Assembly: GCA_016840165.1 (NCBI GenBank) | Contig: JAEOSU010000070.1 | Coordinates: 64,001-128,000, forward strand | Length of the DNA stretch: 64,000 nt | Direction of reading: 5' to 3' | DNA from: Promethearchaeota archaeon | Lineage (GTDB): Archaea > Asgardarchaeota > Lokiarchaeia > Sigyniarchaeales > SOKP01 | Shown here: positions 30,747 to 41,379 of the stretch, one piece after another | Position numbering within the stretch: the first letter of the stretch is position 1 | How the letters are laid out: every line of letters begins with the position of its first letter | Position numbers and translations under genes: made by a program | The notes under the pieces: model-generated | Databases searched by the model: none | What the model was told of the DNA's origin: nothing | The model's input: only the letters and a program-made list of their open reading frames with translations

Positions 30747-31604
30747 CTAAAGCTTAAGAAGCTTTTTCGCATTATCATAAAGGATTTTTTGTTTAAATCC
30801 ATCAGAAATGGGTAATTCTCTTACTGCAGGGATTATTTCATTCCAATGGATAAGAGGATGATCCGACGCGAATAAGACCCTGTCTTCCAGAGTGTAATTA
30901 GAATATGCGTCAAAAGGGAACCAGGGATATAATTTGGCATATGCAGAAATGTCAATATAGACGTTAGCATTCCTTTCTACCACTGACCATGCATCCCACA
31001 TCCACGGAACCCCCATATGTCCCATAATAATGATTAATTCCGGAAATCTTATTGCCAATTCATCCACGAGTAAAGGATGACCGTATTTGGTTATAGGATT
31101 AATAATACTTTTTAATTGAGAGGTATGTGTCCAAAGAGGGATATTAAGATCAATCATTTTTTCCCAAATAGGATTATATTTTGTATCAGAGATATCAAAT
31201 TTTTGTCCCGGAGGTAAAACTTTTACTCCTTTGAGATCTAATGACTCAATCGCATACTCAAGCTGATTTAACGCATCTGGAGCAGGGATATCAATACAAG
31301 CATATCCAATGAACCTGTTAGGATATTGAGCTACAAAATCTGCAAGATCATCATTAGTTACAACACAAACACCATAGGCAGTAGTAAGGTTATACGATAC
31401 AATAACCGCCTTTTCAATATCCCATTTATCCATTTGCTCAATATAATCCTTAATCGAGACTTTAGTACGTAAGACATCGAAAAACTTTTCCATCGCACGT
31501 CTTCCTCTCTTATTCTCACCTAAGAGGGAACGCGCAACAAATTCAACATCTTCACCCCAATTTGCTTCTTTACAAAAAGGATGAATATGTATGTCAATAA
31601 TCAA
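30747..31604 (-). CDS. Amidohydrolase-2 family metallo-hydrolase
   Basis: IDIHIH, WTHT, MGHMG, DIS, LFASDHP motifs. Confidence 0.9.
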   Translation of the reverse strand: MIIDIHIHPFCKEANWGEDVEFVARSLLGENKRGRRAMEKFFDVLRTKVSIKDYIEQMDKWDIEKAVIVSYNLTTAYGVCVVTNDDLADFVAQYPNRFIGYACIDIPAPDALNQLEYAIESLDLKGVKVLPPGQKFDISDTKYNPIWEKMIDLNIPLWTHTSQLKSIINPITKYGHPLLVDELAIRFPELIIIMGHMGVPWMWDAWSVVERNANVYIDISAYAKLYPWFPFDAYSNYTLEDRVLFASDHPLIHWNEIIPAVRELPISDGFKQKILYDNAKKLLKL

Positions 31605-31665
31605 TTTAATCCCTAAATAAGAAAATATGATAAACTAACTAATTTAAGTACTCAAATTGGGAACG

Positions 31666-32997
31666 CTATAAAAAATTATCGATTGTTCGTTGAGTCTTTA
31701 TGAAATTAATAATTTTACTACTCTTTTTCCAATACTTTAAATCCACCATAAATCCTTTTGCCATATTAAAAACCGCATCATCGAAATTATCAAGAATCTT
31801 TGGTTGCGTGGCATTCATTGCATTTTTAACCGTTTCTCGTATAACCCAGACTCCTAAGGGAACCACATAGCCACCTCTTACCTCTCGAAAGATTAATACT
31901 CGTGCTTGACGCCCAATTCTATAAAGATACTCACAAACTTCCTTCCGAGCAGCATAATACGCACCAGTGATATTACTTGCATACTTTTTTCGGCCTGGAT
32001 AAAATTCATAATCAGTCATTATTTGAGGTTTAAGATCTCTATTGTTTCCTGAAAGCGAAATATTCCATAAGGTATTTGGTGCCCAAACCTCATTCATTTC
32101 ATATAAAAACTTGCCAGGAAAAAGAAGAATTTTGAAATGATTGTCAAGATAACTGCTCTGGAAGATCTGATATTCATTAATTTCGGGAAATGTTTTAATT
32201 TCTTTTATTAACGCTTTTGAGATAATATCATCCACTGCTGTAATACTCCATCGTGTAGGAACTAATCTTCTGTTCTCCTTTTTACCAAGAAGACCAGCAG
32301 AAAAGACACGCTTAATCGTGGATTGGGGCACATTTCCTTTAAAAAAAAGATATTCTGACACCGCATCTGAAGCCTTTAAATCTGTATCCGACACACAATA
32401 TTCTACCTTTGGATGGACTTTTACATTCTCTGTAATCCTAATACTTTTAGTAATCCCAGAGGGACCTAGTGGAGGAGCGTGATTGTCTAACATTAATCGA
32501 AGATTCATTTTATCCAATTTTGTTTCCGTATCAACAGGTTGAGATGCCATTGCTAATTGTTGGGAAGAATCCAATAATTTTTCTACTTCGAGTGATGGTG
32601 TGGTTTTTCTACCGATTTTACCTATTTGAACATCTGTTCTAAAGTTGTTCCGGACTAAACTACTCCTGTATTTGACCACCTCGACCATCTCCTTACCAAA
32701 CCACAATTCCGGGGCATCAAGGATATAATTATCAGAAATATCAAGATCTAATTTGAAATCTTGAAAAGGAACAAGTGGGCCAATCTGCACTTTAGGATAA
32801 TTGAAATGCCCAACAAAGAACCCGGGTGGACTTGCACCAAAAATTTCGACATTTCTTTTGGTTTTTTCAAACTCAAATGGAACAAGCGACTTTAACACTG
32901 ATCTCTTAAGTAATATGGGACAAGTACGTTTCCCACATAGGAGACGGGAACCCTTGCATTTCAAGCATATATTCTTTTCAGTAGGAGGTCGAACCAA
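31666..32997 (-). CDS. nreA: Archaeal DNA repair protein NreA with C-terminal PIP box
   Basis: CLKCKG..LCG...CP, SPP..FVG..YP, RRLVPTRWSITAVDD, G.YYAAR, PLGVW.IRE; PIP QRTIDNFL. Confidence 0.9.
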   Translation of the reverse strand: MVRPPTEKNICLKCKGSRLLCGKRTCPILLKRSVLKSLVPFEFEKTKRNVEIFGASPPGFFVGHFNYPKVQIGPLVPFQDFKLDLDISDNYILDAPELWFGKEMVEVVKYRSSLVRNNFRTDVQIGKIGRKTTPSLEVEKLLDSSQQLAMASQPVDTETKLDKMNLRLMLDNHAPPLGPSGITKSIRITENVKVHPKVEYCVSDTDLKASDAVSEYLFFKGNVPQSTIKRVFSAGLLGKKENRRLVPTRWSITAVDDIISKALIKEIKTFPEINEYQIFQSSYLDNHFKILLFPGKFLYEMNEVWAPNTLWNISLSGNNRDLKPQIMTDYEFYPGRKKYASNITGAYYAARKEVCEYLYRIGRQARVLIFREVRGGYVVPLGVWVIRETVKNAMNATQPKILDNFDDAVFNMAKGFMVDLKYWKKSSKIINFIKTQRTIDNFL

Positions 32998-33124
32998 TTT
33001 TAGATGCCTATTTATGAATTTATATGAATTTTATATAGATATCAACTTTAAAAAAGGATGAGCTGCTTAAATTTTTAATAATTATAAAAAATACAAATAA
33101 TCAAGATAAAAAAGAAAGAGACCT

Positions 33125-33922
33125 TTGCCTAAAATAAGCTTAAATGATATTGAAATATATTATGAAATTCATGGAGAGGGATTTCCCATTGTCATGATAC
33201 AGGGATTATCCGCAAATACAGATTGGTGGACAAAAGAACTATTAGAAAGCCTAGGAGAAGACTTTAAACTAATAATTTTTGATAATCGAGGAGCGGGTAA
33301 AACTCAAAATATAGATCGAAATTTTTCAATAAAAATGCTTGCAGATGATACTTTAGCTCTGATGGATGCATTGAAAATTAATCGTTTTCATGTTTTCGGA
33401 GTTTCAATGGGAGGAATGATCGCACAAGAATTAGTAATTAATTATCCCAAGAAAGTAGAAAAGCTAATTCTCGGTTGTACCCACTGTGGAGGTTCGAAAC
33501 AGATTTTACCATCACAAGAAGTTATTTATATTCTAAATCGAGATCATAAGAAGATTACACCCGAAAAATTGATTGATGGCACCATACCGCTTCTTTTTAC
33601 TGAAGATTTCATTAAAAATGATCCTGAATTTATTGAATCCTATAGACAAAAATTACTTAAATCTCCAATGTCATCTAAATCTTTTCATCGACAGATTAAT
33701 GCTATTTCGAGGGTTAATAATTATTTGAAATTAGAAAATATTACATGTCCTACTCTAATAATTCATGGGAAGAAAGATGTACTTGTACCTTATGAAAATG
33801 CAGAGATCTTAAACAAAAGAATAAAAAATTCAAAATTATTTCTACTGGATAAAGCCGCGCATTCCTTTTTTCAGCCTAAGCCCGAAATAGTCATAAATGA
33901 AATTAAAGATTTTTTAAAATAG
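33125..33922 (+). CDS. Alpha/beta hydrolase
   Basis: FDNRGAG, GVSMGG, HG..D, AAH. Confidence 0.9.
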   Translation: MPKISLNDIEIYYEIHGEGFPIVMIQGLSANTDWWTKELLESLGEDFKLIIFDNRGAGKTQNIDRNFSIKMLADDTLALMDALKINRFHVFGVSMGGMIAQELVINYPKKVEKLILGCTHCGGSKQILPSQEVIYILNRDHKKITPEKLIDGTIPLLFTEDFIKNDPEFIESYRQKLLKSPMSSKSFHRQINAISRVNNYLKLENITCPTLIIHGKKDVLVPYENAEILNKRIKNSKLFLLDKAAHSFFQPKPEIVINEIKDFLK

Positions 33923-33998
33923 CATACTTAGCTAAATCTAATTTGCAATTATCCTAATTCTTTTCTGAAGAAAGCAAAAATAAGAAAGAAAAATGCTT

Positions 33999-34598
33999 CT
34001 AGTTTATAAATTTTTTAAGAGGAGGTAAAGATTTTATAAAATCTGTATTCTCTACGGGATTATTGGCAATATTAAGTGTTTCGATATTAATTAATTGAGT
34101 GATATTATCAAAATTTTTAATCTGATTATTTGAGAGATTTAAAAATTTTAAATTTTCCAATTTTTCCAACCCATCAAACTCTTCAATCAGATTATTACTC
34201 AAGTCTAGAAACTCTAGATTTTTTAATTTCTCTAAGCCTTCTATCTTATTGATTTGATTATTATTTAATAACAATGTTTTTAGATTGGTAAGATGATCCA
34301 AACCCTTGATCTCAGAAATTTGGTTTCCTCCGAGTTCAAGTTCTTCCAAATCCTTTAATGCATCCAAGTTTTGGATCTCTGTGATCTTATTAGCTTCCAA
34401 ATGAAGCTTTTTTAAATTAACTAAATGATCAAGCTTTTCGATGGTCTCAATATTATTTTTTTCAGCATAAATTTCCTGTAAATGAGGATTTTTTTTCAAC
34501 CTTTTAATATCTGAGATTTTATCAAGATTAAAGCTTTCTAAATACAAATTACCATTACTAATATAAACCCGTTTATTGTGAACTTTTACATAATCCAT
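33999..34598 (-). CDS. Leucine-rich-repeat protein (SDS22-like 22-aa repeats)
   Basis: About seven LxxLxLxxNxIxxIxxL repeats. Confidence 0.9.
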   Translation of the reverse strand: MDYVKVHNKRVYISNGNLYLESFNLDKISDIKRLKKNPHLQEIYAEKNNIETIEKLDHLVNLKKLHLEANKITEIQNLDALKDLEELELGGNQISEIKGLDHLTNLKTLLLNNNQINKIEGLEKLKNLEFLDLSNNLIEEFDGLEKLENLKFLNLSNNQIKNFDNITQLINIETLNIANNPVENTDFIKSLPPLKKFIN

Positions 34599-34783
34599 AT
34601 TATTTAGATAGATAAACCTATATTTAGCAACATCCTATTTGATTTATAAAAAAATCTTAATATTCAATTATATTTTAGAAGTTTTTTAATATTTAATCTA
34701 TTTCTTGGTATTTCTCTTATTTTTAAGAATCTCTGGACTCCTCTGTGGATTAATTTTAAGAGAGTTATATTTTTTTTTTAATT

Positions 34784-35374
34784 TTAATTTTTCCTACATA
34801 ATAATTCTCCCTTTCCTATAGGGACAATCATACTATCTACACGAGAATCTTTTAACGCTTTATCTATCATTGGTTTTAGTGTTTCATAGTGATTAATTGC
34901 ATTATCTGCAACAAGTAATCCCCCACGATTCATTTTAGGTATTACTAAATCATAACATTCTTCATAGATTTCTTTTTCAGCATCTAAAAAACAAAAGGAG
35001 ATATTTTTATAATTTTTTAAAAATTTTATCACATCTCCTTCAATTAGCTCTATTATTTCTTCCATCTTAGTAAATTTTATTGTTTCTTTTGCTAATTTTA
35101 TTTTACTCTCTAGTATTTCATGAGTTTTTAATTTAACCCCATGAATTTGACATGCTAAAGCAATCCATAACGATGAATATCCTGCACTAGTTCCTATCTC
35201 GATAAATTCTCCTTTAGGTGCACTAGCTGCTAATAATGAAAGAAATTTTCCAGTTTCTGGAGGAATTTGACGCAGACGTTGCATTCTCGGAGTCCCATCC
35301 TCTCGATCTCGAGAATCAATATTTTCTAAGAAATGCATCCTTTTTTTAACAAGTTCAGGGATATTATGAAACAT
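34784..35374 (-). CDS. Class I SAM-dependent O-methyltransferase (CCoAOMT-like)
   Basis: [24 protein letters not shown]. Confidence 0.88.
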   Translation of the reverse strand: MFHNIPELVKKRMHFLENIDSRDREDGTPRMQRLRQIPPETGKFLSLLAASAPKGEFIEIGTSAGYSSLWIALACQIHGVKLKTHEILESKIKLAKETIKFTKMEEIIELIEGDVIKFLKNYKNISFCFLDAEKEIYEECYDLVIPKMNRGGLLVADNAINHYETLKPMIDKALKDSRVDSMIVPIGKGELLCRKN

Positions 35375-35494
35375 AATTAAGATTTAATTAATTTATTATG
35401 ATTTATTATTCTAACTAATCACCTAACTATAATCACTTCATACTTCAAAAAACGTAATGAATAAGGTGATTAAATATTTTTGAATATAACTTTC

Positions 35495-36157
35495 TCATGT
35501 TTGAGAAAGGGATGGTTTTATTTTTTCCCGTTCTGATAACTTTAAAGAAAGTTGTTTTTTTGAATCTGATAACTTTATTTGGATTTCTTTTAAATCTACA
35601 TTTTTTTTTAAAACTTTCTGTTCTGATTTGCTAAGAACCTTTTGTTGAGAAAGATACGATTCTTTAGCTGTCGCTTTCTTCTCCTCATTCTCCTCATTTC
35701 TAACTTTTTGAATATAGAATAATTGTTTTTTTCCTAATTTTTCTCTCTCCTTTGCAGTTTCGATCTTTTCCTCTATAAGTTTTTTATTTTCTTCTGCTAA
35801 TTTTTTTTCAATCTTAGCAATATTTTTATGAATTTCCGCTATTTCTATTTGAACATTTGCTACTTTTTCATTATAATATGCTAACTCTTCTTCAATTTCT
35901 AAACCTTTATCTGAATATTCTAGTAGCTCTTTGACTGCTTTTTTATTTTTAATCAAGTTCCTTGTTTTCTCAGTTAATTCTTTCTTAGATTTTGCTATTT
36001 CTATGCCTTTTTGTGCTAAGTTTTCTCTTGCCTTAGCTTTTTTAATTTGAAGTTTTGCTATCTTTCTAGATTTAATAGCAATTTCTTTTTCATTTCTCGC
36101 GATCTCTAAATTTTTATTAGCACTTCTCATTAAACTTTCAATCTCCTCCATTAACAA
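35495..36157 (-). CDS. Lys/Glu-rich coiled-coil protein
   Basis: Continuous heptad-like charged helix; GAGGTGA SD. Confidence 0.65.
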   Translation of the reverse strand: MLMEEIESLMRSANKNLEIARNEKEIAIKSRKIAKLQIKKAKARENLAQKGIEIAKSKKELTEKTRNLIKNKKAVKELLEYSDKGLEIEEELAYYNEKVANVQIEIAEIHKNIAKIEKKLAEENKKLIEEKIETAKEREKLGKKQLFYIQKVRNEENEEKKATAKESYLSQQKVLSKSEQKVLKKNVDLKEIQIKLSDSKKQLSLKLSEREKIKPSLSQT

Positions 36158-36283
36158 TCACCTCTGATCAATAGATTATTTGATTTTCTATAAGATATAT
36201 ATGTTATGTTTAATTAAATTCTGATCAATTTTACTCAAAATCAAATTATAAAAAATGAAAAAAATTAAGTAATCAAATAAGAG

Positions 36284-36730
36284 GTGAGAATTATTTTATT
36301 ACAACTAAGCGAACCATTATTATTCACTCTTTGGGTTATTATTGCCGCGGTTATTATGGCTTTAATACTCTTTTTAGCAGTGTTTCTCGTCGTCTCAAAA
36401 GAAAAAGCATTGGATAAGAAATTCTTAATTATAATTTTGGCTATAATTGTTGTTGTGATAATTCCATTCATTAGGCAAGTAGTTATACTATTACTAACTG
36501 CTACCGGTGATTTATTAGCTGCAATAAGAAACTTTATAGACGGAGGCGGATTTAATTATTTGTTATCTTTAGTTCCAATAATTGGATTTATAATGCTTCT
36601 ACTCTTGGTAAAATATCTCTTAGATATACCTTGGGATAAAGCTGCTGGAGTTGCTTTGATAACACTAATAATATTGTATATAATATACTCAGTCATACCA
36701 GAATTATATCTATTTCTTGAAGTAGGATGA
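36284..36730 (+). CDS. Hydrophobic membrane protein (about 4 TM)
   Basis: Hydrophobic ORF; the called GTG lies inside the SD GAGGTGA so the true start is uncertain. Confidence 0.65.
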   Translation: MRIILLQLSEPLLFTLWVIIAAVIMALILFLAVFLVVSKEKALDKKFLIIILAIIVVVIIPFIRQVVILLLTATGDLLAAIRNFIDGGGFNYLLSLVPIIGFIMLLLLVKYLLDIPWDKAAGVALITLIILYIIYSVIPELYLFLEVG

Positions 36731-36842
36731 AATCAATTAGATTATATCAATTCTAATTCTTTTTTTTTTATATTTAACAGGAAAGTTATTTGATACCGAA
36801 TAATAAATGAATTAAAAAAAAAAGGAATTATTTATCAGAATT

Positions 36843-37394
36843 CTATTTTTTATTTAACACCGAATACATTACTCTTGCTAAGCCATTAAAAAGTAGAGAG
36901 AGCGAAAGTAAAATTACTAAAACGAAATAACCAAAAGTAGGAAAGAAAAGCATTATGAAGGCAAATACAAAAGTTACTATTCCAACTAATACAAGTAAAT
37001 ATCGGTATTGCATAGTATATTTCTCTACTAAAAGACCTATAGCTATTCTAGCACATCCGATTATAATGAAACTATAGCCAAATAGATTTATCAATATTAA
37101 TATTGATATACTTGGATTTATTAAAGTTAATATCAAAATAGAGAGACTTATTACTATTGCTAATAGACCAACTAAGAACTTTATTATTTTAGCGATTTTA
37201 TTTAGTTTTTCATTAGCAAAGGAGTTATAAAGTCTTCCAATCCCTGCAAAAAGAAGAGCAATTGACAATAAGATCATTAAAGATAATAAAGCGGCACTAG
37301 AGAATATAATCACTAATATCGATAAAAAAATTATGATTAATCCAATTATTATATTGAATCTGATTAATAAGTTTTCTTTTTCCATCAAAATCAA
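36843..37394 (-). CDS. HdeD/DUF308-like membrane protein
   Basis: Repeated two-TM units ending G..R (GIGR, GCAR, GLAR). Confidence 0.7.
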   Translation of the reverse strand: MILMEKENLLIRFNIIIGLIIIFLSILVIIFSSAALLSLMILLSIALLFAGIGRLYNSFANEKLNKIAKIIKFLVGLLAIVISLSILILTLINPSISILILINLFGYSFIIIGCARIAIGLLVEKYTMQYRYLLVLVGIVTFVFAFIMLFFPTFGYFVLVILLSLSLLFNGLARVMYSVLNKK

Positions 37395-37604
37395 TTCATT
37401 ATAAAAATTTTGTAAATTTCTTTAAGTAACTTTAATTTAAATTCTTTTTTAGTAATGAAATGAACTTTTTCAATATTAATAATCCTACTATTATTAGGGA
37501 GATTTCTTTTAGATTTTAAACCAATTTGATTTCCTTATATATAATATTTATTATAAAAGAAAGAAATATATACTAAAGAAAAAGAATGTAATTGATAGTT
37601 TAAA

Positions 37605-38252
37605 ATGAGCATTGATTCTATAACTGTATATTTGAATTTAATAATCTCCTCAGCTGTCCTAATTTTTATAGTTTGGGATCATCTCAAGGATGATCGTCTA
37701 TTGACAAGACAAATCCAAGAATTCTATTCTGATATTGAGATGCAAATTTATAGTTTTATACAAATAATGTACTATAGCGCAATTGAAAATAAAGAAATAG
37801 AGATTAATGATCAAAAAGCTCTGAATAGGACTCGGAATCGTGATATAATTCAGAATTCGTACTTAAAAACTAAAATACTTCAAAATTTTAATAAATATTC
37901 CTTCTATCTTGGTTTAACTATAAGTAAGGAAGAAAAATTATATCTTAATAATACAATTTATGTTCTTACTTTTGATGGATTACTTAAAAAAAGGAATTTT
38001 GAGAACAATTCTTTAGAAGATGTCATAACCTCATATATAGATATTACAAATGAAGAAATCTCTGATATATTTAAGTTTTTAAATAGTTTAAGATTCTATT
38101 GGAATAAAAATTATAAGAAACTTATTTTCAGAACTCGTTTAAATCAAAAAATAGATTTTTATGAGTTGTTAGGCGTATCTAAACCTTTGGAGAAAAAGAA
38201 AGGTAGATTGGCTAAAATTAAATTTAGAGAAAAACAGAATAAATCAAATTAA
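37605..38252 (+). CDS. Hypothetical protein with N-terminal TM
   Basis: 215-aa ORF with N-terminal hydrophobic helix. Confidence 0.6.
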   Translation: MSIDSITVYLNLIISSAVLIFIVWDHLKDDRLLTRQIQEFYSDIEMQIYSFIQIMYYSAIENKEIEINDQKALNRTRNRDIIQNSYLKTKILQNFNKYSFYLGLTISKEEKLYLNNTIYVLTFDGLLKKRNFENNSLEDVITSYIDITNEEISDIFKFLNSLRFYWNKNYKKLIFRTRLNQKIDFYELLGVSKPLEKKKGRLAKIKFREKQNKSN

Positions 38253-38404
38253 GCTAGCTTAATAATGGTATAATCAAGTCCATAATATTTCGCTAGATAA
38301 ATCAGTATTTAGTAAGATCCTATTTGAATTATTAGAAAATAAGTTTATCCTAGTATCTTTTAGAAAATCATAGTAGTAGAAACTTTTAATAAAAAGTACA
38401 GACT

Positions 38405-39520
38405 CTAAGTTTGCGATAATAGTTCAATAAGTGCGCGGGGTATTTCCTTGAAATTACTAACCGCATAAAATTTTCCACGACCAGCATCCGCTAGCTCCTT
38501 ACAGGTATCGATCCCTCTATCGGCATCATTTTCAGCAGGCATCCCAATTACATGTAATTTTGGATATTTTTTTGCTAAATCTATCGGATCATCTCCACGA
38601 TTATAATTTCCATCAGATATTAGGATCCCAAATTTATTTCGGGTTTTCTCTTTTACTTTGTTCAATTCAGTTAATCCCTTTTCTAACCCTATTGAAATAT
38701 CAGTAAAGCCAACTGCCTCTGAATCTAAAATTTCATCGATTATTGAGAATACTGGTTTTTTTTCGTCTATTTTTTTCAAAACCATAGCAATGGAATTAAA
38801 TAGCACAATGGCATAATCTTCTTTTTCCATATTATATGCTAAAACTGAAGTGGTGAGTGCAGCATTCAATAAAAGTCTGCCATACATACTTCCACTTGTG
38901 TCTAGAATTAAGGCAATTTTTCTTTTCTGCCGTTTTCTTTTGATACCATAAATATCATTATAACTTAGAGTCTTATTGTAGACTTTTAAAGGATTATGCT
39001 GGATGGTCTCATCTAAATCAAATTCAGGCATTCCGATTTGATAATAGGGAACAGTTTTTTTATAATCACCCCTAATTCCTTTACTTGTAATTTTTAACGA
39101 GGTTCGAAGGATACTTTGCCTTGCTAATCGGCGGAATATATATCTATATTTTTCGGATATTGGACGACGAATAAAGAAGTAAACCTCAGCCATCGATGCT
39201 GCAGAATTTTTAGCTTTTTCCGAGAAAAACTTAACTCCTTCATCACAGTCTAAAGCATCGGTAGCAGCATAGACATTTGATTTAAGTAAGCCCATTATAG
39301 CTTCAAGATTTTTGTATTGGATGGAAAGATAGGTCAATTCCTTTATTTGCTTATAATCTAAAGTATTAGCTAAATGATAATAATAACCAGGCTTTTTCTT
39401 CTTTTTCCTTATGATTTCATATCGCAATATCTCATTATCTGGAATTCGTTCCGTGAGTCTTACGTGTAGTCGTTTTTTCTCATCTTCTTCTGACTCCTCT
39501 GAAGAAAAATCATCGATTAT
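38405..39520 (-). CDS. vWA (MIDAS) domain protein, CoxE-like MoxR partner; possible ATA start overlapping the MoxR stop
   Basis: DTSGSM MIDAS, T, ISDG; FDLDETI; frame open from 39520; alternative start TTG 39427. Confidence 0.8.
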   Translation of the reverse strand: MIDDFSSEESEEDEKKRLHVRLTERIPDNEILRYEIIRKKKKKPGYYYHLANTLDYKQIKELTYLSIQYKNLEAIMGLLKSNVYAATDALDCDEGVKFFSEKAKNSAASMAEVYFFIRRPISEKYRYIFRRLARQSILRTSLKITSKGIRGDYKKTVPYYQIGMPEFDLDETIQHNPLKVYNKTLSYNDIYGIKRKRQKRKIALILDTSGSMYGRLLLNAALTTSVLAYNMEKEDYAIVLFNSIAMVLKKIDEKKPVFSIIDEILDSEAVGFTDISIGLEKGLTELNKVKEKTRNKFGILISDGNYNRGDDPIDLAKKYPKLHVIGMPAENDADRGIDTCKELADAGRGKFYAVSNFKEIPRALIELLSQT

Positions 39521-40389
39521 TGAAAATCCGCTTTATTTAATACCGCCAAGACTATGTCTGTAATGATCTCCGTTTTTGATTTAGCGATTCCATCTTCCAG
39601 CTCTATTTTATTATAAAGCGCCATGATGGCTCTATCTACCCATTTCTGAGCACTATGTTGTGTCTCTGAATCGATTATTAGATCTGCTAAATCAATAGCA
39701 CCTCGAATGGAACTTCCCCTTCGAAGCGAAGTGCTCTCTCTTGTATATTGAATTATTCTCTGGCATAATAACGCAATTTCTGGATCATCAGAATTTTTGA
39801 ATTTAGCCTCCTGTTTGATTATTTTTATTTCTTCTTCGGGATTTTGGTAATCAAGATGAACCCAGATAAATCGATCCTTCAGAGCTTCCCCAAGAACCGT
39901 GACCCCAACGTGTGCTGAAGGATTTTGGGTCGCAACGACAAAGAAGTCTTTATGAGCTTGAATTGTTTTAAGTTTAGGAATTTCTAATAAACCCTCATCT
40001 AATGAAGTAAGCAGTGAATTTTGAGTACTTTCGGGCATACGATTAATTTCATTTATGAATAAGCACCCTCCATTCATCATTGCTAATGGTAACGGACCAA
40101 AGATGTAAGATCCTTCAATATATCCCTTAGAAATTACTAATGGGGGATCCCAATACCCGACTAAATTATGAGATAGTGTCTCTTCATTACAATCAATGCG
40201 ATAGAAATCCGAATCAAAATATGCAGAAATCGCTCGAGCAATGGTAGTTTTTCCTACTCCAACTTCTCCCTCAATAAGAATGTTTTTCCCGACGGAGCGA
40301 GCAAGTATAACTTTCTCCAATTCAACTTCTCTACCGATGATTTTATATTTTTGTTGAATCTTCTCGATGATATTACGAGTTAGTACCAT
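39517..40389 (-). CDS. MoxR-family AAA+ ATPase
   Basis: IIGRE, GEVGVGKT, FINEINR, ATQNP, EALKDRF. Confidence 0.9.
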   Translation of the reverse strand: MVLTRNIIEKIQQKYKIIGREVELEKVILARSVGKNILIEGEVGVGKTTIARAISAYFDSDFYRIDCNEETLSHNLVGYWDPPLVISKGYIEGSYIFGPLPLAMMNGGCLFINEINRMPESTQNSLLTSLDEGLLEIPKLKTIQAHKDFFVVATQNPSAHVGVTVLGEALKDRFIWVHLDYQNPEEEIKIIKQEAKFKNSDDPEIALLCQRIIQYTRESTSLRRGSSIRGAIDLADLIIDSETQHSAQKWVDRAIMALYNKIELEDGIAKSKTEIITDIVLAVLNKADFQ

Positions 40390-40494
40390 AAATAAGATAG
40401 TTCGCTATTTCTAAAAAACTAACCTAGTTTTAAAATAATGAGAAGTAGCAATAGGCTATACATAAAAAAAATTATAAATATTCTTCTCGAAATT

Positions 40495-41373
40495 TTATGG
40501 GAATAGCTCGAGGAAAATGCTATATAATGATGGAAAATAGGGTATTGGTAAAAGCCGGATTGTATATAATAGCAAAAACATAAAAATTAATATTGAAATG
40601 ATAATAAAAAGAAAATCCTTCTTTTTAAATCGTACTCTAGTTAAATTTGTTCGGTGTTTACTTATCCCAAAACAACGATTTTCCATTGAAATCGATGTAA
40701 CCTGACTTTTCCGAAGAATTGTTACAAGTGTGGCAGCCAATCTATCAAAAACTAACCTATATGCTTTTTTGAAAGTATTAACTCCTTCTAATCCCAGTCC
40801 ACGAGCTTTTTGAGCTAATGCAACCGTTTTTGCCTCCTCTTCTATCAATGGGATATATCGAATACCAACCATAAAAGAGAAACAGTACTTATATGGTATT
40901 TTTATGCTTATTAAAGCATAGACAAAATCTTTCATTGATGTTGTGTTGGAATATACAATAGCCGAAGAAAATAAAGTCAAAACTATAAATAACGCTTTTA
41001 AAGCATAATAAACTGCTAAACGTCGTATAGGTAAGAATTCAAGATTAAAGAGATAAAATAAAACAGTCTCTTGATTACTTGGAATTGCATTGAAGAAAAT
41101 ATTAAGGAAAACACTAAAAATGAGAATAATTATCATAAATCTTAGCTTTCGGAATAAATTCCTCACAGAAATGCCACTAGCTAAAGCTAAAATTAGAATA
41201 CTTAAAAATATAAGTGCCAAAAATATTAAGCTATTTATCACAAAGGTCAAAATTGTTAATAAGGTTAAGAATATTATCTTTGATAATGGATTTAATTTAT
41301 GCATTAGAGAATTTCCAGGTGTGTAAGCAAAGTAATATTTTTTGTGATCTAATGCTTTATTTTTGCTTTTTAT
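40495..41373 (-). CDS. ecfT: ECF transporter T component (EcfT); N-terminus extended to ATA
   Basis: YTPGNSLMHKLNP N-terminal motif begins upstream of the called ATG 41304; RYIP, AQKARG, MENR motifs. Confidence 0.85.
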   Translation of the reverse strand: MKSKNKALDHKKYYFAYTPGNSLMHKLNPLSKIIFLTLLTILTFVINSLIFLALIFLSILILALASGISVRNLFRKLRFMIIILIFSVFLNIFFNAIPSNQETVLFYLFNLEFLPIRRLAVYYALKALFIVLTLFSSAIVYSNTTSMKDFVYALISIKIPYKYCFSFMVGIRYIPLIEEEAKTVALAQKARGLGLEGVNTFKKAYRLVFDRLAATLVTILRKSQVTSISMENRCFGISKHRTNLTRVRFKKKDFLFIIISILIFMFLLLYTIRLLPIPYFPSLYSIFLELFP

Positions 41374-41379
41374 TTTGAT

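Noticed and set aside
38248-38263. Perfect 16-bp palindrome ATTAAGCTAGCTTAAT
   Set aside because: Single copy overlapping a stop codon; a few such palindromes are expected by chance in 64 kb of AT-rich DNA
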